In this document: positions 36,558 through 48,799 of the stretch, piece after piece
Layout of the letters: the number at the start of each line of letters is the position of its first letter
Numbering within the stretch: the stretch's first letter is position 1
Assembly (NCBI GenBank): GCA_030295235.1
Contig: AP026146.1
Location: 248,001 to 312,000 of the forward strand
Length of the DNA: 64,000 nucleotides
Reading direction: 5' to 3'
From: Fistulifera solaris
Taxonomy: Eukaryota
Program-made: the position numbers and the translations under genes
The notes under the pieces: generated by a model
What the model was told of the DNA's origin: nothing
The model's input: the letters and a program-made list of their open reading frames with translations, nothing else
The model's database searches: none

Positions 36558-37614
36558 CGAATCGTACTTTTGCTTCTAATGCAATTGCTGCATACACAAC
36601 TTGCATTCATGCAAACAAAGGCTTACAGGGCGCTGCTTTGAATAAATTAATAAAATGAAGGGCCGACGACGCAATAATAAAAACCGCAAAAGCGCTGAGA
36701 TTTTTTCACAAACCAGCGTATTTCCCGGTTACTTTTCACAAACCAGCTTTTTGGCTGTTTACCAGCACGGGCCACTTAGCAAGCATAGCAAGCTCATCAT
36801 GTTTACAGATATTTGTATTATGTGTGTTCCAGAATTTCCGAATACTACATTCGAGCATACAGAAATGCTATGTACTTTTCTTCTGGAGGCAGTGTTTTTG
36901 ATCATACAGAATTTCTGAGTACTTTCCAAAAACTTTTGATACGGCGCATTTGTTCACCAGAGATGCTGGATAGAGTATTGTAACGATCAATCCTAATATT
37001 TATTCCTAATTTCCTAAAGTCAGAATGTAATTTTGACATTCGACTGAATTTTCCATTTTTCGTTTCGTTTTGTCACATCCAATGATAGATTGTTTTGTGT
37101 ACTTATCCAGAGATTTTGGATAGGGTATATTTGTTCATACAGAAATTCTGTATATCTCCCAGAATTTCTGGACTTGACCTCTTGATCATTATATCAGCAA
37201 GATACCATGTGTGAACTGCATCAAATGTAGCCTTGACGTTTGACAGGTTTTACGGACCCCTCCTACAGACCCGGAACTTATGCTCCTTATTATTATTTAC
37301 AAAAAATGTAATAATTGCCGATGAAATCAAATGGCCGCACTACGATGATTCTGAGGCTTCTACTTTAAATACAAAGCGGTTCTGTTGCAGGTTTTGAGGC
37401 CATTGTTGGATTGAAGGGGCGCTATACTACGTAGTATTTTATTTGGTAAAATAATGTGTGGGCTTCTTGTGACTGAAAGTCCCGCTTAACATAACACCTG
37501 ATCATAAAACGTCTGTACGCCGTGCGCTCCGAATTTCTTCCGAAGCTTCTCGCAAAAAGTGATGTTCTTTTCGTTGGGATCGTCTGTTTTCTTTGAAACA
37601 TTCTCGACACGTCA

Positions 37615-39097
37615 ATGATAGTGTCGAAAGCATTGTTGCTGATGACAAACCAAACCATGCGATCTCCCTTCATTCTCCTCATTTATCTTTCCTCATTATT
37701 CCTTGGCGGATCGTATGAATGGCATACGAGCGGAGGTCGCCCACCACTCGATCGTCGAGCCATTGCTGGACTTTGGAAATTAACAACGTGTCCTACCTTT
37801 CCTCTCAAAGAGTTTACGGTGCATCCACCATCACAGAAAGAAAAAGAAAACGAAGAACTTTTGTTGATGCTCAAAGAAGACGGGTCCTTTCAGCAGTTCC
37901 AGAAGAATGAAGAGGATATCGATCAAGCGTGGACTCGTTGGCAAAAATCGCGGCAAGAAAAACAAGAAGCATTGGATCAATTGCAGTATCAATTTTTGCA
38001 CGGGACGTGGGATTATCGAGACGGAAAACTTATCTTGGCAGCGGATCGAGCCGAGCCGCCCAAGTCGGATAATTTGTGTCAATTTTCGAAAGATTCGGCA
38101 CTGCCGACCTCCCAATCAAGCGAAAAGAAAAAGAAACCGTCAGATACATTGTTGACAGGACGAGTCGTTGCCAAGTATTCCAATAAAGGGACGGATCGTC
38201 CACTATGGCGTGAAGAAGAAAACACAAACAGTGGTAATCAAGTCGCGGAAGATTCATCGTCGAATTCCAATGTCGATGCGTATCTCTCGGTCCCCAAAGG
38301 CAGTGTCAAAGTCGGACGTTTCTTTTATCCTCGCAATCATCCATCGTTCTTTGATCAACCCATGTACGAACCCAAGAAACGTGGAACCGTAATGTTGCGT
38401 CAAGTACTCGGTGCCTTAAATACGGTCAGTGACGACGAAGAGGAGGAAACCATGATCGAAAAGTTTCGCAACACGGATTTTCACAACAAGACATTTATGC
38501 TGACATCCCATCCAATTGGGTTCCGTGCCGCCAAAGACAAGCGTACAGAAGAAAAGGACCAGCGTCCCGATAACGTTCGTGTGATGCAAATTCAATTTCA
38601 CGCCAACAATACATTCTCGACAGTGGCTGGAATTGGAGAGAATATTCTGCGCGGCAAATTCTCTATCATGGGGAAGCTTCGAGATCAATTTTGGATGCAA
38701 GTCTCACGATTTGGCTTTTGGTCGTTCCGTGTCGGGGTCCGTTTATTCGGAAGGGAATAGTATTTCGCATGAAGATGCTAAATCGTACTGGGGTACAATC
38801 GGTTTTCAAGAACGAATGAGTGATTCTTTGAATGCCACTAGTAACGTGACTACGACGGAAGCGAAACAGCTGATCGAGGTGAAAGGTTCTGTTTTGTTTG
38901 GTTGGGGGATTGAGCCGATCCCCGAAGCTCGCTTCATCATGCGTGAATTGGCTTCAGACGAATCGGAGGAAGAAGAGGACGAGGACGACGATGATGACGA
39001 AGACATGAACGTGCTCCGCTTCAATCCCGGAAAAGATCTACCAACACTCGGGGATGAGGATGGGATTAATCTATCGAACTCGGACTCGTTTCAGTAG
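37615..39097 (+). CDS. Uncharacterised signal-peptide protein (frameshift at ~38718)
   Basis: ORFs 37615-38760 and 38633-39097 join by removing one T from the run 38716-38719 (RFGFGRSVSGSVYSEG). Confidence 0.7.
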
Positions 39098-40017
39098 TCT
39101 GTAGTCATACTCCTTCACCTACGAACCATGTACCTTCAACCTCTGTACAACTTTGTCGCTTACTAGTTATCGATGTTTACTTTTGATCCCTTACACATGG
39201 CTGACGTGTAGCTTCACCCAGCTGTGGAAGATCTAAAGGCAGGCAGCAGGAGGAGGACACAACCGCGAGGCTTACGTCGCTGCGAGCGGCTTGATCTGCA
39301 ATGTGTTCCACAAAGATCGCAAAGCTCGACGAAGCTCGAACTTCGCTTTCCACTTTTTCAGCGGAAGTCGAAATCATGTCTTTCCATGTTGAAGATCGAC
39401 CACTTCTGCATGCCTATCGGCTTCTTTGGTTCCTAATTTACCTTATCGAATGTCGCCATCTGCCAGGGCCCTGAGTTATGATGTCGTGGAGAATACTGCC
39501 AGCTGCCGGGCTGCCCTTCTGCTAAGAAGGAATGAAAGAAAAAAGGGTTTAAAGCCAAACGAACGTTTCGAAGAACGATCTTGAATTCTGAAACACCACG
39601 CAGGCCACAAAGCGAATCACGTTGGAATTTCGTTTCTGGGATCCCGGTCTTTTTTGCATTGCTGTAGATTCGAAGAAATTTTGTGAGCAGACGATATCGG
39701 AAAAAGTGAACAAGCGAACGTGCAAAATGGAAGCAACTTTACGTGTCACACTAAAAATTATGGCACTGATCGGGTTCCTGTTTTTATCCGGCATTCATTC
39801 CAGTACAAAACATAGTAACACCAAAGAACTGGAATGTACGTACGGAGCAATTTTTTCTATCGAACCTCCAAAGGTCAAAAAACCAAATGGTTGGATGGAT
39901 AAACTTGCTTTCGTCGTCCGAGGTTATGTTGCAAATCAGCGGATATAGCGCCGTCGCTGCTTCATTCATCGTTCATAATTCACCTATCCATCGTATGCAT
40001 GTTACCCAATCGACACA

Positions 40018-40578
40018 ATGACAAGGCATAACCAAAGTCAAGCAACCCATCGACCTCAAATAGTTCGCTCATCCCCGACGCAACAGATGAACATGCCTAC
40101 ACCGAACGAACGGGACGGTTCTACTCCCTTCAGAAAGGAAGGAACAAACAAAAACCCCGCGCCGTCTACTTCTCACGATTTACCTTTAAGTGCTGAGCTC
40201 TCTGAGAATAGAGACATTGTGCGTCTTCGTATCGATGTGCCCGGCATTGAACCTAAAGACATTCAAGTCTCGGTCGAACGAGGCGTGCTAACGGTACAAG
40301 GAACGCGCAAGTCCTTCTCTATCGACGGGAAAACGTGCCTTAAGAAACGCCAATTTATCCGCCGCTACGGTCTCAATACCAACGCTATTGAAGCTCATTC
40401 GGTGAGCGCGGCTTTGGCGTTGGGTGTGTTGGAAATCCGAGCCAAGAAAAAGCCAAAGTCGCACAATGGGGTGATCCCTGTCGTAGGCAATCGATTAAGC
40501 CAAAGACGTGTCGTCATTCCTGCAGAAATATCATTGTTGGAAGTGGATTCGCCCGTCAAAGGCGACCGGTCATCATAA
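40018..40578 (+). CDS. Small heat-shock protein (Hsp20/alpha-crystallin domain)
   Basis: LRIDVPGIEPKDIQVSVERGVLTVQGTR...FIRRY.L...VSAALALGVLEIRAKK. Confidence 0.88.
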   Translation: MTRHNQSQATHRPQIVRSSPTQQMNMPTPNERDGSTPFRKEGTNKNPAPSTSHDLPLSAELSENRDIVRLRIDVPGIEPKDIQVSVERGVLTVQGTRKSFSIDGKTCLKKRQFIRRYGLNTNAIEAHSVSAALALGVLEIRAKKKPKSHNGVIPVVGNRLSQRRVVIPAEISLLEVDSPVKGDRSS

Positions 40579-40729
40579 AGGGAAGCAACTGACGACTGAA
40601 ATACTGGATCAAAGGAAAAGGTTATTACGTATATTCTCACGCGACATTTTTCAGGTCAAAGAGCTGTATAGTAGATTTATAATTTTTAAAGCACACAATT
40701 CCATGAGTTTCCCCAGATGTTCCTAGTAT

Positions 40730-42894
40730 CTATTTGGATAAAAAGTTTTCGAGATCTTCGAGTTCCTCGTCGTCGAAATCTAAATCAAGGGCATCTTCGC
40801 CTCCTGCCTCGGCAAGTAACGCATCTACATCTCCATCCAAGTTAAGATCTGCATCGGCCAACAAAGCCTCTACTTCGTCCGTGTCATCGGAAGTAGTTAC
40901 AGACGGTGCCTTGTCGGCATTGCCCGGTTCAGGAGCAGTTACACTGCTAGCTGCGCTGGTAGCGTCAACTGGGGTGGCGATCTTTGCATTCAAGGGAGTG
41001 TCCTGACTGGGAGTAGAACCAGAGTAATCGAAGATCACAGCTTCGGGACCGTCATCGAGATGTCCTCCTTCGCCAAGAGCACCCATGAGCGCTTCCATCA
41101 AAGAATCCTTCTTCGGAGGTTCTGTCGCAGAGGCTTTGTTATCTTCTTGAGGCACAAAATCAAGCTCGCCTCCTATACTGAATGTCTGGAATTCAGTTTC
41201 TTGTGCTTTTGATTTCGCATCCTCCTCGGTCTCAGCGATGGCTTTGTTGGGTCTGTCAAAGTCGCGTCGGCGACCGATGGATGGACCCCAAGTGGGATCC
41301 TTCAGGTGCTCACCCTTTGCATCGATTGAAGCTTGTTCTTGTCTACGCGCATTGATGACATCCCAGAAGCGAGATTCACGATGGAGCATAATATCATAGG
41401 CTGCAGCAGAAACATGCTTCGCACCCCCGACCAAGGCATTTGCTTCGTGACTGTTACCGGCAGTTGCCACTGCGTTAGACCCATCGTCGGTACCGGCATC
41501 AGTTTCCATGTGCTTGAGCATCAGCTGCTGTTCCTGTTCCATGATAAGCTTACTTGCCTCTTCAGCATCCATCGCTTCGAAAATGAGGTCGATGAAAAAG
41601 TCCTCTCTGAATCGCTCGTCATTGCATGCACCGTCCAATTCGCTCTTCTTTAGGCGCAGCACCTTTGGTGGTACATACCCAGTGTGAAAGGCAGCACGGA
41701 ACATGGAAATGCGAGTTCTCTTACTGGTGAGATGACGACATCGGATCAATATATCACCCTGGACGACGCAGTTGATATTAAAGCTCACTGTGCCATCTGC
41801 TACTTGGACAAACGGAAGTTCATTTTGCGATTGTTGATAGTGCAGAGAAGCAGGAGCTGTAGCGAGTAAGTCTCCGGCTTTAAAGAGTTGTAGTACGGCG
41901 CACAACCCATGAGACGGTCTGTGCGATTGGCCAGTTTATCGTCATCGCGCGGAGGGCCCCGAGCAAACTGCGGTGCCTCCGACATGATGATCCGCTTGAG
42001 CATTAATGGCGGCTGTGAAGGACGCACTCCATCCAGCATGTTTTTGAAGTAAGACGCATAGCGCCGTTGCGATGGTATAGTCAATTCCTCAAACGAAAGG
42101 TGTTTACAGGCTGCGATGTAATTGAGTGCCTTGTAAATATCACCAAACCCAGCTTGGCCCATCCAACACAAGAACGATGCGAGTACCATGCTCGTGCGGC
42201 CCTTTCCGGTCAAGCAATGGACCACAGCAACATTGCGATCATCCGCTTTCATCCAGGCTTCCATGCTAATCAGCAATTTCAATAGTAAGCCCAATGGCGG
42301 GCTAGGACTTCCTGGAAAGGAAAACGTCAATACCTGCTCATCCAGTATCCTTGTCTCGTAATCCACTTCGGAAATATTCCATACCATAAATCGTCCGTTA
42401 TGACGTTGTGTCAGCATGTGTCCTATCGCAGCCAGTTTGCGTTGACCCGTAATATCTGCGTTCACCGCTGAAGCCATAGCCGGATGACTCATGGTAATGA
42501 GACGATCTGTAATATAGACTACCTGTGCGTCACGAAGGGCTATGGTATCGAGAGGAAGCTTCGGGTCGCGTTTGTAATAGGTATGACGGGCCTCGTTGAT
42601 GCGTTCTTGTAGACGAGACTGCTGTTCTTCAAGGACATTTTGTGCGACTTGCCATTTTTCCTTGGTGACATTGAGCACGGAAGACCAGCCGGTTTGCAAA
42701 TTGGCTAAAATTTCTTTCCGCTTTTTCTCGGTCTCGCTTTCTTCTTTCTCTGTGGAAGCCGTCTTATCCGCGCGTTCGGGAAGCGTTGGTTCGGGTGCCT
42801 GTTTCGCCTGGCTCGCTGCTTTCGAAAGTGCGTCGCCTGTCTTCTCTAAAACGGATGTCAAAGAGGCCTTCGTATCAGCCCACGATGACCACAT
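40730..42894 (-). CDS. PTEN/tensin-type phosphatase plus C2 domain protein (frameshift at ~41893)
   Basis: YITDRLITMSHP, VVHCLTGKGRT (CX5R), IPSQRRYASYF and a C2 segment VQGDILIRCRH...MFRAAFHTGYV; one base is missing at CAPY-LQLFK. Confidence 0.88.
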
Positions 42895-43298
42895 ACTTTC
42901 GGTTCTTATTTCAACTTATATATTCGTGTTCAAGAAATAGGATTAACGAGTAGCATGTCAATCAAAACGAATACGTAGTAAGTTAAAATATTAAGTAAAT
43001 TGAAAGTCTGTTTGTGTTTTTGTTACCGTTGCGTTGTTGCGTCTTTTTTTGCGCGTTGCGTTCGGGTGAATCTTGTTTTAGTATGGTCTACAATGTAAAC
43101 TACTGAGGTTGTGTGAATAACGAAAATAACGTCTAAGGTCCTAGCGGTAATAAGTAAGTCATTATTTATTTTATTTTTTCATCTCGTTGTTCCGCGCGAA
43201 CGAACGACTTCGCGGACTTCGGATTCATCCAAGTTTGTTGTCAATACGTACGATCAGGAACCCACGAGGAAACAAAAGCGTTCTTTTACAAACCAGCA

Positions 43299-43898
43299 AT
43301 GAAAAACCATTCGGAATCGGAAATACCTCTCGTACATGCTGTTCCGGTCACTGAACTACCCTCTGCTCTTTCCGGAACGGTCGAAGTCGAAGTAAAAGTG
43401 CCGCTTCCCCAGCATGCTAGCTCGGGGTTTTCGTTCGAACATGACCCGCCACGCGTCAGCAGCGTTGTGAACGATTCACATCAGCGGTTGCTGGGGTATT
43501 ATTTTAGCAAACTAGCGCTTCCGGGGTTGGAAATCTCGGGAATTTTCGACTGCAATATTTTACGGAAACTGCTGATGGAGAATGAGCACGTGGAACGCAC
43601 GCTTATTTTGACCGATACGCCCCCGAAACGAGGAGAAATTCTTTACCAGTATACCTTGCCAAGGGAGGTTGGTTTGACCTTTTCCGGATTCCCTCCTTGC
43701 GTTCAGTCGATCAGCGATTACTCCTTGTTCGGACGCGTACGTGTCGGCCAAGCCATTCACGCTCTTTGTATTCCCGGCCGTTCCCCTCTCATGATGCAAT
43801 CTGGTGGTTTCACAGCCATGCGACTGCAGCAACAAATTGAGGAAACGTCCCACATCGATGGGCGTCATCTAATTTTGAAAGATAAAAGGAAGAGTTGA
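43299..43898 (+). CDS. Uncharacterised protein, possibly with a degenerate PDZ-like C-terminus
   Basis: 199-aa ORF with a good start context; VGLTFSGFPP...VRVGQAIHAL loosely resembles a PDZ fold. Confidence 0.55.
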   Translation: MKNHSESEIPLVHAVPVTELPSALSGTVEVEVKVPLPQHASSGFSFEHDPPRVSSVVNDSHQRLLGYYFSKLALPGLEISGIFDCNILRKLLMENEHVERTLILTDTPPKRGEILYQYTLPREVGLTFSGFPPCVQSISDYSLFGRVRVGQAIHALCIPGRSPLMMQSGGFTAMRLQQQIEETSHIDGRHLILKDKRKS

Positions 43899-44132
43899 AA
43901 TTGAGAGAAGGAAGCAGGGGTGCGTTTGATCCGGAGGGGTGTTGTGTGTCCTAAGAATTCGACTATTCTTTGTAGTATAACAGCAATAGAAATCATAGAA
44001 CATCAATAAGAACATTCATATCTAGTAAAGTTGTAGTATAGCCGTGCGCAAAGCGGCACGAAACAGTAACTTCCACAAGGTCTTTGACCCTGAAGAGTAG
44101 GTTATTCGGAAGTCAAACGGACAAAATGGAAT

Positions 44133-44896
44133 TTACACACGCGTTCCCTCGCTCATCATTTCGAACCCGCTAATACTTTGTCCGTGTTGCAAAAGCTCCT
44201 CTTCTTTTGAAAGATTGATACGGCCGACTCGTCGCTTTCGTTGGTACAAAGCACCGATCAGGGCAGCTAATCCAACCGCCGACAAACCGACAAAAGCAGC
44301 GGTAGATGAGGATGAGCTAACGGCCTTGAATGAAGCCGAACATGTAGTGTATTGGTAACCCGATTCGCAATCATCGACAGTCACATCGGTCGTTAACCAC
44401 CAACCTGCGGCAAAGAGTTGTTGTCAGACGAAAGGCCACTTCTGTAGAACACAAAAGAAATTGAAGCAAGACACTTACCACTCCCAAGGTTCATTAGATT
44501 CGGAGAGGGAATCTTCATGTTGCCAGTAAATGTGTATTCACCAGCACTCGGGCATCTCGCGCCATTTGTCGACTCGAGTTGGAGAGAGTCGCACAAGTTA
44601 GCCGTCTCCGTGTACGAGCGGCAGAAAAAGTTGATACCCATGAAACAAGTTTTCAGAGTCAAACAAGACTGCTCCGGGAAATCTTCCGTAGCAGACAAGG
44701 TTCCGGTGACTTCCAAAGAGCCTCCAAAATTGCAAACATCGTCACTGTCTTCTTCACCGCCGCAGGCGAAGGAATCCACCGAGAGAGAAACGGGAGACTC
44801 GCAACTGGCGTTATCCTGATAGCGAAAGCCAGTTGCCGCAAGTGCTTGTTTGGAAGCCAATGCCAAAATTAGAAACAAGCTTCGTTGGAATATCAT
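44133..44896 (-). CDS. Type-I membrane protein with a Cys-rich, ML/MD-2-like luminal domain
   Basis: Signal peptide MIFQRSLFLILALASKQALA; LC...CPSAGEYTF motif; intron 44405-44478; C-terminal TM followed by RKRR. Confidence 0.7.
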
Positions 44897-45441
44897 TATA
44901 GCAAAAATAATGAAAGACGGTAGCTTTATGGGTGGTTTGACTATACGTGGAGTTGTCGCTTTTACAATCGATTGTCGTTGAAACATAGGACGTTGAAATT
45001 TTCGTCGATCGATTATGGAAGAGGTCAGCGTGTCAACCCTGGCGAGCGTAAATTTCTCTCTAATTAATTCGCTACACTTCCGTTGTCGATAATGATACAC
45101 AATACTGATAGTCCGTTGGTTGAAATTACTTATTCGATGGCGTCTTGATTGGACGGAACGTTGTGTCCGTTCGACTGAGCACGCATCGCTAAATCTCCTG
45201 TGTCACTCTGCGACTCTCAGAATTAGGCCTCCAGAGAGTTTACAAAGGCACGACGGACGTACCAGCCACCAGCCGTGAGCCTTGACCGACCGTACCCCCG
45301 CCAAGTCCGACCAAACACTATACGGAGTACCAACGAGAAAGCGCGCTTGAACTCACATTAACTAATACCACATAATTTACTCAGTAACTCCGTAAAAGCA
45401 ACAACTCAGTTTCCCGCTCCGTGTTACACTTGATTTAACTG

Positions 45442-46563
45442 TCATCGCTTATCCTGATTCTGTGACGAATCCCTAGCACGTTTCTCAGCTGCTTCAAGGG
45501 CTGCTCTTCGAGCGTCTTGCCTTAGCTCTGACCCACCTAGTTTTCGTCCTTGTTCCATGCTTTCAAATTGCTCTGTCAACTGCCGGCATCGATCTACAAT
45601 AGCTTGACGCAAAGGCACCGGGGACAATCCGTACTGTGGCATTTCTCCGGCCAATTCTTTCATGACGGCATCCGCTATCCCAGCCAAGCCATTTTGACAT
45701 TCCTTGGAGACACCGGCGATCACGGCCGTCGACTTTCCTTGCGAAATATACCCTTCCGCCGCCAATCGAGCGTGCGTGTGCAAATACTCGACCCGCATTT
45801 GTGCAAAATTCCCCCAAAACAACAAATCGTGCTCTCCCACCCAATTGTGCGACAATTCATGAATTAATGTCGCTACCAGCTGTGGATACGGCATAAAACC
45901 TTGCAAATCCATCGTTCGCAGTCGAATGTGTATGGCCAGTCCGTGATTCGTATTGTATCCTAACAGACACGCTCCGTGCTCTTGTTTCTTTTGCATCAAT
46001 CGATCATCGATGGGATCCATTTCACCCAACAGATTGACGACTAATTGGCGTTCCCGCATAATGGCCACAATTCCTGGGTCTGTCGCCAGTTGTTCGAGCA
46101 GTTGCTGTGCCGCAAACGGGTGCGGCTGTTGATCCGTCGCCCGGACTCCGAAGGAGTGCCATGTGCAGACTTCAAATTTGACAAATTTGTATCGTGAATC
46201 TTGTCTTGTTCCCCATATTGTTTCATTGTTTTTTACGGTAGATTTAGCAGTATTCTCAAACCCGCGGATGGTCGGATCGGATCGTTTAGATTGGACTTGT
46301 TCTACCGCACTCTGACTGGACGCCATGACAATCAATTTCGGAACTTTCGACGGTATTTCCTTAAAAACTATCGACGCATCATCGGCACGCAACATTTTTC
46401 CCTTGTACAGTATTTTGATCGCATGCTCTTCGGGATCGAGATGAAACAGGTGTCGTACTTTCTCAAATAAATCACCGGCTGTTGTGGAGGTCGATACTTC
46501 GACGGATTGAGTCTCGCCGTTGAAGGATATTGTTGCTTCAAAAGATGCCAATTTCAAACTCAT
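45442..46563 (-). CDS. Ubiquitin-like plus WLM (Wss1-like) metalloprotease
   Basis: N-terminal Ubl (IKILYKGKML), LGYNTNHGLAIHIRLRT and the zinc motif LIHELSHNWVGEH. Confidence 0.88.
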   Translation of the reverse strand: MSLKLASFEATISFNGETQSVEVSTSTTAGDLFEKVRHLFHLDPEEHAIKILYKGKMLRADDASIVFKEIPSKVPKLIVMASSQSAVEQVQSKRSDPTIRGFENTAKSTVKNNETIWGTRQDSRYKFVKFEVCTWHSFGVRATDQQPHPFAAQQLLEQLATDPGIVAIMRERQLVVNLLGEMDPIDDRLMQKKQEHGACLLGYNTNHGLAIHIRLRTMDLQGFMPYPQLVATLIHELSHNWVGEHDLLFWGNFAQMRVEYLHTHARLAAEGYISQGKSTAVIAGVSKECQNGLAGIADAVMKELAGEMPQYGLSPVPLRQAIVDRCRQLTEQFESMEQGRKLGGSELRQDARRAALEAAEKRARDSSQNQDKR

Positions 46564-46984
46564 ATAGTAGTCAAGAAGAGAACAACAATAAAAAAATGTT
46601 CCGAGAGGATGATACACGTAAAGAACAACAAGTTAATAATCAGTCAATGGCGTTGTGTTGCGCTGCGTTGTCGCTTATGTCGCCGTTTTTGCCGCGTTCG
46701 TGACGAAGAACTTCTGCGATGTTCGTCGAGCGCGCGCAATGCAAAGAGGTTCAGGTTCACGCGAAGGAAATGAAACGGGACTCCAAGCAACGGAAAGGTC
46801 TGCCACGCCGGCCGGGCTCCCCCTCATTTTCTTCGACGACGATCGGCAATTGCAATCTCCAGCGCTGATGATCCTTTCACCAATGCCAAACAAGTTTATC
46901 AGTATTCACAAACTTTACGAAATATCTCACAACAAGTTGGGTTAACGAGTGTTGAGATCTTTCTGTCAACAAGAAAGAACAAGA

Positions 46985-48478
46985 ATGTACCCGGCTTGCC
47001 TATTGCACACCATCGTCGAGTCGAAATGCGCGATTGCCTTCCAATGCTACGCGAAAATGGTGGCGGAGGAAGAGCACGATATGACCAAAGCTGGACAAGA
47101 AGCCCGCATGAGTGCTCTATATCACGACGAGGTGGAACGCTTCGTCAACGGCGCGGAGGAGTATGAAGGATTGTTTGAATACGAAGAATCGTCTTCTTCG
47201 TCGCAGACCTTGACGTTACCCTTCTCCTTACACCGTAAACGAAATTGGATCATGACCGTGGGCTCCAACGACGAAGCTATCACCTCACAGAGGCTCCGAT
47301 GCAAATCGCGTACATCCCCCGATACACTCATGAGTGGAGCGTGTCTATTGAATTACGCCAAAACGGTCGTAGCGAATTGTGAAACAGCCATGGCGTATGC
47401 CGATCAATATCTCGTTCAACGCCCCCGCGACAAGACTCACGATTATGCCGATTATATTCTCGATAAAATGTACCACGATGAGAGTAATCACAACAAGAAG
47501 AGTGCCGAACGACCGCAAAATTGGTTCTTCCGTGGGTTTTTCGCTTTTATGGCCTGGGGCACTCTGCCCTTGAATAATCTTTGGCAACATCGATCGAAAT
47601 TTTTGATGCGTCTGCGCAAACCTTTGGTGAACAAAATTAGTGTGAAGCGATCGCGGCAAGAGGAGGAGGAAGAAGTGGCTCCCGTCGCTAAGAAACCCAA
47701 AGTCCCTCCAAATGCTTCACTTCAAATCAAACGCGTGCAAACCATGCTGCTGCAACACGACAATCACCAACGAGATTTGGAGCGTCAAGAGGATCATCTG
47801 TACCGTCACATGGAACACGCTTGGCAAGAATACGCACATCATTACCAGCGAGCCAAAGAAAAGTTGTACAAGAACGAGGAGGATTTCAATGATAGGCGCG
47901 CGGTTTACGAGACGCTCAAGCAAGAGTGGGTCGATTTCTCGAGCTCTATCCTTTATCCAGAGGACGTGGACGAGGATCTAGTAATCATTGACAGCTTTAT
48001 TCGAAAAGAAACTCGAGACCTCGATTTGACGCAATTTGAATGTGGAGAAATGGCAATGGAGGATGAATCACTGTTGTTCAGATTCGTTAACATCCTGCTT
48101 CTTCGCCGCGAGATATTCCAACGTGCCATCTGGTTCAAAATACATCTTTACTCCCGTCCTACTGAAACGTATTGGCGTGAATATGTACTGGCTTCCGACT
48201 TGGCGAAGTTCACCAGCGACCGGTCCGAGGCCGATGCCAAGTTTCTCACGTATGAGGGGATGCACCAGGAGTGCAAAACATGTACTTCTTCACTTTTACA
48301 GCAACAGCAAGAAGGAGGCTTCTTTCAAGAGTTTCTCAACAGCATCCTCGAGGTTTTGAAAAAGACAGCGAAGTTTACAATGCTTGGAGAACATACGATT
48401 AGATGCAGTGATACCGAGGACCTTGTCGTTACTCCACGATCAGTTAGGAAATTGAATTCAAGAGCCGTCGTTACTTAA
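46985..48478 (+). CDS. Uncharacterised protein with a coiled-coil region
   Basis: Long intronless ORF; block YADYILDKMY...RPQNWFFRGFFAFMAWG; NLS-like KRSR and KKPK segments. Confidence 0.7.
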   Translation: MYPACLLHTIVESKCAIAFQCYAKMVAEEEHDMTKAGQEARMSALYHDEVERFVNGAEEYEGLFEYEESSSSSQTLTLPFSLHRKRNWIMTVGSNDEAITSQRLRCKSRTSPDTLMSGACLLNYAKTVVANCETAMAYADQYLVQRPRDKTHDYADYILDKMYHDESNHNKKSAERPQNWFFRGFFAFMAWGTLPLNNLWQHRSKFLMRLRKPLVNKISVKRSRQEEEEEVAPVAKKPKVPPNASLQIKRVQTMLLQHDNHQRDLERQEDHLYRHMEHAWQEYAHHYQRAKEKLYKNEEDFNDRRAVYETLKQEWVDFSSSILYPEDVDEDLVIIDSFIRKETRDLDLTQFECGEMAMEDESLLFRFVNILLLRREIFQRAIWFKIHLYSRPTETYWREYVLASDLAKFTSDRSEADAKFLTYEGMHQECKTCTSSLLQQQQEGGFFQEFLNSILEVLKKTAKFTMLGEHTIRCSDTEDLVVTPRSVRKLNSRAVVT

Positions 48479-48799
48479 AAGGTCTATTGTAGAGAGTATG
48501 CTCTCTCGTTCCGATCCACATTAATCTGCCACAGCCATTAAGATCGTATATCTTGGTGTAATATGTTGGATTTTCAACGCCTGCACATGCCCTAGGGCCC
48601 AGAACTCGTACGATTATTATTTTGTAGATTCGTAGAGTTTGTGAGGTCCCTGCTTTTGACGCTTTCAAAGAAAATACCGCTACCTTGTTTATATTCACGG
48701 TCTTTACAGGCGAACAAAACAGCTCACGAAAACAAGATAACAATCCGGTCCCATTGAGAAGCATTCCACCGCAACAAAAAAGATCTTGCTACCATCTAC

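Noticed and set aside
39177..39969. Short ORFs between the 37615 gene and Hsp20, including a 73-aa hydrophobic ORF from 39727
   Set aside because: No recognisable motif or splice support; cannot be distinguished from chance ORFs
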